Positions 57,477 to 64,000 of a stretch of 64,000 bases of DNA are shown in pieces. The position numbers and the translations under genes were made by a program. How positions within the stretch are numbered: the first letter of the stretch is position 1; every line of letters starts with the position of its first letter. Below the pieces are notes generated by a model. The model searched no databases, had not been told where the DNA came from, and saw nothing but the letters and a program-made list of their open reading frames with translations. Origin of the DNA: Candidatus Eremiobacteria bacterium (GTDB lineage Bacteria > Vulcanimicrobiota > Vulcanimicrobiia > Vulcanimicrobiales > Vulcanimicrobiaceae); the NCBI GenBank assembly GCA_963758295.1, contig CAVWUU010000004.1:640001-704000 (forward strand), given 5' to 3'.

Positions 57477-59409
57477 TTAGACTCCTGAAAATTCCGCGCG
57501 GGCAACCTTGCCGCCTTGATATGCTTCGCTGACCAGGGAATGAACGTCGATGATGAGCGAGATCGACCCGTTGCCGAGAATCGTCGCTCCCGAAATACCG
57601 GCAATACGTCCGACAACGTCGGAAAGCGGTTTGATGACGATTTCTTGCTCGCCTTCGAAAGAATCGACGACGAGGCCGACCTGGCGACCCTGCAATCCGA
57701 CGATAACGATCATGACTTTCTGCGGATCGCGTTCGCCGCCGAGTTCGAAGAACTCCGCGATGCGCACGAGCGGCACGACTTGTCCGCGCAGCGTGATGAC
57801 CTCGTTGCCGTGCACCGTGCGCACGTCGGCCATTTCGACGCGTTGCGACTCGATAACCGAATCGAGCGGAATCGCGTACAACTCTTCGGCGACACGCACC
57901 AGCAGCGCCTGAATGATTGCAAGCGTCAGCGGAAGCTTGATCGTGAAACGCGTACCTTGTCCCGGCACCGTATCGACGTCGAAAACGCCCTTCAAACGCG
58001 TGATGTTTCGCTTGACGACGTCCATGCCGACGCCGCGTCCGCTGACGTCGGAAACAACGTCTGCAGTCGAAAAGCCGGGCGTGAAGATCAATTCGACGAT
58101 TTCGCGATCGCTCAAACGATCGTCCGCTGAAATCAACCCCTGCTTAATCCCGCGGGCACGTACTTTTTCCAGATTGATGCCGGCGCCGTCGTCGGAGACT
58201 TCGATGATGATCTGATTGCCTTCGTGATAGGCGTTCAGCTTAATCGTTCCGGCGCGCGGCTTGCCGAGACGCTGCGCGCTCGTCGGGCGCTTCAATGCCA
58301 TGATCGACGTTGTTCCGCAGCAAGTGCATGAGCGGCTCGCCCACTTCGTCGACGATCGTCTTGTCCAGATCCGTTTCCGCACCGGAAATCTCCAATTGCA
58401 CTTCTTTGCCGCGCGCTTTAGCCACGTCGCGAACGAGGCGCGGGAACCGGTCGAACACTTGTCCGATCGGAACCATGCGCACTTTCATGATCGACTCTTG
58501 AATTTCGTTGGTCGTGCGCGCGAGCAGGGCCGAGCTATCCACCAAATCTTTGGCGAGCGGCGCCATGATCGCCGTCGAGGCGTCGAGGCCTTTATCTTGC
58601 ATCAAACGCTCGAGCGTATTCGCGATATCCGAAATACGCGTGCGGTTGATTACGAGTTCGCCGACGAGATTCAAGAGGCCGTCGAGACGCTCGATGTCTA
58701 CGCGAATCGTTTGATGGATGTTGCCTTTGGAAGCTTTAGGCGCAACCGGCTTTTCAACGCGAGCGACCGGCGCAGCCGCAACCGGCTCAGGCGGAAGGTC
58801 TTTGATGAACGGCTCAACGGCGGCGGGCGCTATCGGCTCCGTGAATGCACCGCCGTTTGCCTGCGCAAGAAGGCGCGCGACTTCGGCTTCGAACGCTTCA
58901 ACGTCGGCCGAGCTCGCCTCTTCGGGAGCGTCGGCAGCGGCGAGTGCTTCGAACGAATGCTCTTCGCCGGTGCGTCCATCGATCACGTGCGCCGTCTCTT
59001 CGTAAATGGACGTGTACTGATCGAGCTTGCGCACGTACTCGTCGACGCCGGTCGGCATTTCGCTTTCACCGATCGCCGCTTCAACGAGATCCGTGAGCAG
59101 GTCGCGACCGGTAAAAAGAATGTCGACGCTGCTCTCGGAGAGCGGCATACGATCTTTGCGAAGCAAGTCGCAAAGGTTTTCCAATTTATGCGCGAGCGCC
59201 TGAACGTCGGTAAAACCCAACATTCCGGAGCTGCCTTTAACGGTATGCAGCGCCCGGAACAGCGAATTGACGATTTCCGGATCGGTGTGACCGGAAGAGA
59301 CGTTCTCTTCGAGCCGCAACAGATCGCTGTCGATCTGATGCAGCAACTCTTCCGCTTCATCGCGGAAGTACGAAATGAACTCTTCCCTATTGAACAGCTC
59401 GTCGCTCAT
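57477..59409 (-). CDS. cheA: Chemotaxis histidine kinase CheA (frameshift near 58275)
   Basis: HPt LFRALHTVKGSSG, IRVDIERLD.LLNLVGELVI, HLLRNNVDHGIE, DDGAGI, SGRGVGMDVV, LPLTLAI, CheW-like C-terminus. Confidence 0.95.
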
Positions 59410-59415
59410 GGTAAG

Positions 59416-59486
59416 CGCCTATGCTCCGACAAACTCAGCGTGAGCGCACAGAACGTCGTCATGCTGAGCCGGTCGAAGCACAGGCG
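59416..59486. repeat. REP-like inverted doublet between cheC and cheA
   Basis: GTCATGCTGAGCCGGTCGAAGCACAGGCG (59458-59486) and the degenerate reverse-complement arm CGCCTATGCTCCGACAAACTCAGCGTGA (59416-59443). Confidence 0.8.
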
Positions 59487-59496
59487 ATGCTCTTCT

Positions 59497-60105
59497 CTAC
59501 TCTACGCCGAAGACGGAGAGAAGCGGGCCGAGGGATCCCGTTTCCGGGATGAGGATGAATTGGCCGGCGACGGCTTTGTCGCGATCCAAGAACGCCGACT
59601 CGATAAGGAAGACGTCTTGATCCGGCAGGATCGACATCAGCGTGCGGAACGCCGCCTGCACCGTACCGTACGAAAGCGTCGGCACCGACGGAAGCAGGTT
59701 GCTGCCGGTCAACTGAATGATCGCTGTGAGATACGAGCCGGCGATGATGTTGCCGAGCTCTTTCAGCGTGGAATCCGCGATCGAGTCGAAGATTTGAATG
59801 TCGCCGATCACGCGATGGAGGAACTGGCTAACGAAGTCCAGGGCCTGTTCGCGATCGAAGAGCACGACCATCTGGCCCGGCGCTTCGCCGCGCACGTACA
59901 TGTGCAGCGCGGCAACCGTGCGGCTCTGGTGACCGACGCGCGACGCGAGGTCGCGGAACTTGATCACATCGATGCTCGGTTCGCTGAGGTTGATCTTCGT
60001 GTTCAGCAGCTGCGAAAGCGCCGTAGCCGCGTGACCCGCGCCGATGTTGCCGACTTCTTTCAGCGCATCTTTCTGCAGGTCGCTAAGTTCCATGCTTTGG
60101 CTCAT
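59497..60105 (-). CDS. cheC: Chemotaxis phosphatase CheC
   Basis: DALKEVGNIGAGHAATALSQL and STLKELGNII..SYLTA; ATGA overlap with cheY. Confidence 0.93.
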   Translation of the reverse strand: MSQSMELSDLQKDALKEVGNIGAGHAATALSQLLNTKINLSEPSIDVIKFRDLASRVGHQSRTVAALHMYVRGEAPGQMVVLFDREQALDFVSQFLHRVIGDIQIFDSIADSTLKELGNIIAGSYLTAIIQLTGSNLLPSVPTLSYGTVQAAFRTLMSILPDQDVFLIESAFLDRDKAVAGQFILIPETGSLGPLLSVFGVE

Positions 60106-60464
60106 GAAAGCACCTTCTGGATCGTTTCCAGAATTTTCGGCGGCTGGAACGGCTTGGTGATGAACGATTTCGCGCCGGCCTGAATCGCCTCTACCACGAG
60201 TGCCTGCTGGCCCATTGACGTACACATGATGATTTTCGCGTTGGGATCGGATGCGACGATCTGTTTGACCGCCGAAATACCGTCCAGTTCCGGCATAACC
60301 ATATCCATGGTAACGAGGTCCGGTTGAAGTTGTTTATACTTCTCGATTGCCTCAACGCCGTTTTGGGCCTCTCCGACGACTTCAAAGCCGTTCTTGGAGA
60401 GAATTCCCTTAATCATCATCCGCATGACGACGGCATCGTCGACGATGAGGACCCTCTTGCTCAT
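60102..60464 (-). CDS. cheY: Chemotaxis response regulator CheY
   Basis: VLIVDDA..MRMMIK, PDLVTMD.VMPELDG, MCTSMGQQ, FITKPF (Bacillus/Thermotoga-type CheY). Confidence 0.93.
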   Translation of the reverse strand: MSKRVLIVDDAVVMRMMIKGILSKNGFEVVGEAQNGVEAIEKYKQLQPDLVTMDMVMPELDGISAVKQIVASDPNAKIIMCTSMGQQALVVEAIQAGAKSFITKPFQPPKILETIQKVLS

Positions 60465-60518
60465 CCGTAGCTCCCAACACAAGTGCGATGGACAACATAG
60501 GCGTCCATCCTTCAAACT

Positions 60519-60546
60519 GCATCGGCTGAAGCGAGGCTCTACTTGA
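60519..60546 (-). promoter_or_regulatory. Putative sigma28 (FliA/SigD) promoter for cheYCAW
   Basis: TCAAG-N15-GCCGATGC on the minus strand upstream of cheY. Confidence 0.6.
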
Positions 60547-60556
60547 GGATTTTAGC

Positions 60557-61225
60557 CTAAGCTAAACCGCGGTTTCTAAGGTCGGTCTGCTTGCGGTTGA
60601 TGAACTCGATGATGGCCTGGTCCTCGTCCGGACGTACTCCGTGGAAACGCAGCCCATGAGAATGCTTTCCGGAGGTCGGAACCGGCTCGTGCCGCATCAC
60701 TTCGCCGATCAGGGTTACCGGCGGCGCGCCGCTCTTGAGCGCCATCTGGATCTCGACCTTCGTTCCATGCTTCAACGGCCGCTCGCAGATCAGCGAACAT
60801 CCGCCGCGGCTGATGTCTCGAATCGTCCCGCGGGTGAACTCGCCGCTGCCGATGTTGCCCGGCGCGAAGCGCCACGACCCGGCGACAAGGGTGTCCATGC
60901 GCACGCTCGAGCGTTTCTGCACGCCGGTCGCCGCGCCGATGATCGTGAGTTTACGAGGCGCGTCGAATTGAGTCGTCGTGGCCGTTGCGCCCGAAATCTT
61001 CGTCTGGGCGCGATAGCGGCCGGTGACGGCCGTATAAACGATCACGGCGGTCTCGCCGACGCGTCCAAGGCACTCTTTGGTGACGATTGCCTTCGTAGTG
61101 ACCGCTTCCACCATTACGGTTCGTGCCGGGCGGCCGGCAACGATGACGTCGACGGCCGAATGAAGCGGCGGCAATTTCGTCAGCGGCACGTTGGCCGTCT
61201 TTGCTCCAAAGAGCGATCTTAGCAT
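60557..61225 (-). CDS. PilZ-domain (YcgR/flagellar brake-like) c-di-GMP receptor
   Basis: QKRSSVR (RxxxR) and DISRGG (DxSxxG); located in the flagellar operon. Confidence 0.88.
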   Translation of the reverse strand: MLRSLFGAKTANVPLTKLPPLHSAVDVIVAGRPARTVMVEAVTTKAIVTKECLGRVGETAVIVYTAVTGRYRAQTKISGATATTTQFDAPRKLTIIGAATGVQKRSSVRMDTLVAGSWRFAPGNIGSGEFTRGTIRDISRGGCSLICERPLKHGTKVEIQMALKSGAPPVTLIGEVMRHEPVPTSGKHSHGLRFHGVRPDEDQAIIEFINRKQTDLRNRGLA

Positions 61226-63357
61226 TACGTCGTGGTTCCCATCGCGTGCTGCGTTTCGTCGGTCGTCGAAATCTGACCGATCGATTCAACGCGCAGGCCG
61301 GGCGCAATTTCCGAGTATGACAGCACGACCAACTGTGGTGCCGCGCGTTCCGTTAGGCGTTTGAGCGCCAAACGTACCGATGGCGACGACAAGACCACCG
61401 GCTGCAAACCGGCGTTCTGGGCCACGGTAATCTGATGCGTAAGCGAAACGTAAATCTTCGAAACCGTGGCCGGATCGAGGAGCGCATAGGCGTCCTCGCC
61501 GCGGCGAACGGCTTCGGAGAGCAACGCTTCGAGACGCGGATCCACCGTGATAACCGACAGGAGTCCGTTCTCCGCATACTCGGCCGAAATGTGCCGAGCG
61601 AGCGCCGCACGAACTTTCTCCGTGAGGAAGTCGATGTCTTTGCTCACGCGCCCCGCGTCCGAAAGCGTTTCCAGAATCAACACGAGATTGCGAATCGGAA
61701 TGCGCTCGCGCAGCAGGTTCTGCAACACGCGCTGAATTTCACCGACCGTCAACAGCCCCGGCACGAGCTCGTCCACGACGACCGGATAATGCGACTTGAT
61801 GTTGTCGAGCAATGCGGAGGTTTCTTGACGCCCGAGCAAATCCGGGGCCTGTCCCTTGATCAGTTCGGTCAAGTGCGTGGCAATGACGCTCGTCGGATCG
61901 ATGACGGTGTAGCCGGCCATCTCCGCTTCGGCGCGCGCGCTTTCGGAAATCCACAGCGCCGGAAGCCCGAATGCCGGCTCGGTCGTCGGAATGCCGTCAA
62001 TCGGGGCGGTCGCGGTGCCGGGGTTCATTGCCAGGAGGCGGCTGACCATCACTTCCGCGCTTGCGACTTCCAGACCGTAGATCTTCACCACGTACGTGTT
62101 GGGGCGAAGCTGCAAGTTGTCGCGCACGCGAATCGGCGGAACGACGATGCCGAGATCGCGTGCCGCGTGGCGCCGGATGAGCGTAATGCGTTCGAGCAGA
62201 TCGCCGCCCTGATTCACGTCGACGAGCGGAATGAGACCAAAGCCGATCTCCAATTCCATCGGATCGTACGAGAGCAGCGGCACGACGCTCTCCGCGGGCT
62301 TCGCGGGAGCAGGTGTTCCGCCGGCGACGGCCGCTGCCGCTTGCGCCGGCGTCGGCAGCATCGCACCGGTCGCGGAGATCGGATTGCGGCGGCGATTCAG
62401 GTAGGCGAAGAATAGGATCACGGCGAGGACAAGCATCAACGGCCGCGCCAGCCCGAAGAAGCCGAAAATCGCGGTCATGATCGAGGCGATAAGCAACGCG
62501 TTCGGCTGCGCGCTCAACTGACGCGTAATATCTTTGCCGAAGTCCGACTCAGCGGCAGCGCGCGTGACGATGATACCGGTTGCCGTGGAGATCAGCAGCG
62601 CAGGCACCTGCGTCACGATGCCTTCACCGACGGTGAGCAACGTGAAGTGACTCAGCGCGGTGACGAAATCCATATGCATCTGCACGATGCCGACGATGAA
62701 GCCGCCGATCGTGTTGATCACGACGATGATCACCGCGGCGATCGCGTCGCCGCGAACGAACTTGCTCGCACCGTCCATGGCGCCATAGAAGTCGGCGGAG
62801 CGCTGAACGTCTTTCCGGCGCTGACGCGCTTCGGCTTCCGTAATGAGACCCGCGTTCAAGTCCGCGTCGATCGCGAGCTGCTTGCCGGGCATCGCGTCCA
62901 ACGTGAAGCGCGCGGCGACTTCAGCGACGCGCCCGGCACCGTTCGTGATAACGACGAACTGAATGATAATAAGGATGAGGAAGATCACAAAACCGACGGC
63001 ATAGTTGCCGCCGATGACGATCTGCCCGAAGAAGTTGATGACCTCGCCGGCATACCCGTGCAGCAAAATCGACCGCGTCGCTGTGATGTTCAGCGAAAGC
63101 CGGAAGAGCGTGATGATGAGCAGCAACGTTGGAAACGCGGAGAATCCAAGCGCATTTTCGGTATAGAGCGCCGTACCGATGATGATAAGCGCGGTGCCGA
63201 TGTTCAACGTCAACAAGATGTCGAGCAACGGTGCCGGAACCGGCACGATCATCAGCAGGACGAGCATGACGGAGGCGGCAGCGACTAGAATCGGCGCCGA
63301 TGAACTCAAGCGTTGGGCGATCCCGCCTTGCGCGTTCGCAGGGGCTTGCATAGCCAT
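61225..63357 (-). CDS. flhA: Flagellar export protein FlhA
   Basis: FPTLLL.TLFRLSLN, RVAEVAARFTLDAMPGKQ.AIDADL, FYGAMDGASKFVRGD, VLSYSEI. Confidence 0.97.
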   Translation of the reverse strand: MAMQAPANAQGGIAQRLSSSAPILVAAASVMLVLLMIVPVPAPLLDILLTLNIGTALIIIGTALYTENALGFSAFPTLLLIITLFRLSLNITATRSILLHGYAGEVINFFGQIVIGGNYAVGFVIFLILIIIQFVVITNGAGRVAEVAARFTLDAMPGKQLAIDADLNAGLITEAEARQRRKDVQRSADFYGAMDGASKFVRGDAIAAVIIVVINTIGGFIVGIVQMHMDFVTALSHFTLLTVGEGIVTQVPALLISTATGIIVTRAAAESDFGKDITRQLSAQPNALLIASIMTAIFGFFGLARPLMLVLAVILFFAYLNRRRNPISATGAMLPTPAQAAAAVAGGTPAPAKPAESVVPLLSYDPMELEIGFGLIPLVDVNQGGDLLERITLIRRHAARDLGIVVPPIRVRDNLQLRPNTYVVKIYGLEVASAEVMVSRLLAMNPGTATAPIDGIPTTEPAFGLPALWISESARAEAEMAGYTVIDPTSVIATHLTELIKGQAPDLLGRQETSALLDNIKSHYPVVVDELVPGLLTVGEIQRVLQNLLRERIPIRNLVLILETLSDAGRVSKDIDFLTEKVRAALARHISAEYAENGLLSVITVDPRLEALLSEAVRRGEDAYALLDPATVSKIYVSLTHQITVAQNAGLQPVVLSSPSVRLALKRLTERAAPQLVVLSYSEIAPGLRVESIGQISTTDETQHAMGTTT

Positions 63358-64000
63358 TAAGCGATGGTCTTTCGTTTCAGCTTGTAGACGAACGCGATCA
63401 CCTGCGCTACCGCAGCATACAGGTTCGGCGGAATAGCCTGATCGAGTTCAACGCGGTCGTACAGCGTCCGTGCGAGCGGCGGATTTTCCATAATCGGCAC
63501 GTTGTTTTCGCGAGCGAGATCGCGAATACGTTTTGCCACCAGATCAGCGCCCTTGGCAACGACCACGGGCGCTTCCATTTTATCGTCGTCCCATTCCAGT
63601 GCGACGGCGAAGTGCGTCGGGTTCGTCACCACGACGGTTGCGCGAGGAACGGCCGCCATCATGCGGCGTCGCGCGAATTCGCGTTGGCGGCGTTTGAGCG
63701 CAGCCTTCGCTTCGGGGTTTCCTTCGGATTGCTTGTATTCGTCCTTCACTTCTTGCTTGGACATTTTCAAGCTCTCTTCCAGCTGCCACTTTTGATAGCC
63801 GAAGTCGAGCAATCCGACCACGATGAGCAACAACGCAAACTTCCAGGCGATGCCATAGACGAGATCGGCGGTCATGTTCGCAAGCTGCCCAGGCATCATT
63901 TGCCCGGCTGCAGCAAAGATGTCGATGTTCTGAGCGATCGCCGTGTAGATGATCACGACCACGGCGGCAAGCTTCAAAAGCTGCTTCGCGAGATTCACGA
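63357..64000 (-). CDS. flhB: Flagellar export protein FlhB (5' partial)
   Basis: KMSKQEVKDEYKQSEGNPE, autocleavage motif TNPTH, APVVVAKG, ENPPLARTL. Confidence 0.96.
   Translation of the reverse strand, partial: VNLAKQLLKLAAVVVIIYTAIAQNIDIFAAAGQMMPGQLANMTADLVYGIAWKFALLLIVVGLLDFGYQKWQLEESLKMSKQEVKDEYKQSEGNPEAKAALKRRQREFARRRMMAAVPRATVVVTNPTHFAVALEWDDDKMEAPVVVAKGADLVAKRIRDLARENNVPIMENPPLARTLYDRVELDQAIPPNLYAAVAQVIAFVYKLKRKTIA

Noticed and set aside
58261..60183. Long antisense ORFs (e.g. 58261..60183 +, 44970..46337 -, 17812..18795 +, 61435..62415 +)
   Set aside because: Shadow ORFs opposite well-supported genes, expected from GC-rich codon bias; no motifs.
1..64000. CRISPR array, integrase, transposase or prophage
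   Set aside because: No regularly spaced direct repeats and no cas, integrase, transposase or phage structural motifs were seen. The REP-like arms are dispersed, not arrayed.

Overview
GC-rich bacterial chromosome segment with dense housekeeping and accessory genes. The mix of a TonB-dependent-receptor-like gene (diderm), a Firmicutes/Actinobacteria-type LexA box, a CheC-containing che operon and many exported lipoproteins suggests a Terrabacteria diderm such as Eremiobacterota/Vulcanimicrobiota; this is inference only. Contents: a TonB receptor/lipoprotein/GH5/CutC cluster, c-di-GMP enzymes, an SNF2 ATPase, an S53 peptidase, transporters, a PNGase A-like lipoprotein, tRNA-Pro(GGG), hup, aroQ, hslO, tyrS, mutS2, gatCAB, rlmD, an SOS mutagenesis cassette, a BlaI/M56/pentapeptide operon, cheYCAW, a PilZ protein and flhA/flhB. 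Most notable: (1) a LexA-boxed imuA-imuB-dnaE2 operon with a translationally coupled T5orf172/MUG113-type GIY-YIG nuclease gene between imuB and dnaE2; (2) a palindromic REP-like element inserted in frame inside dnaE2, with sister copies in two intergenic regions; (3) a BlaI-BlaR1(M56) system whose outward-facing domain is a Cys-capped pentapeptide repeat, followed by a secreted paralogous pentapeptide protein, with two palindromic operators flanking its promoter; (4) an inverted partial copy of the tRNA-Pro 3' half. At least ten genes, including essential gatA, carry single-base frameshifts, most likely sequencing or assembly errors.
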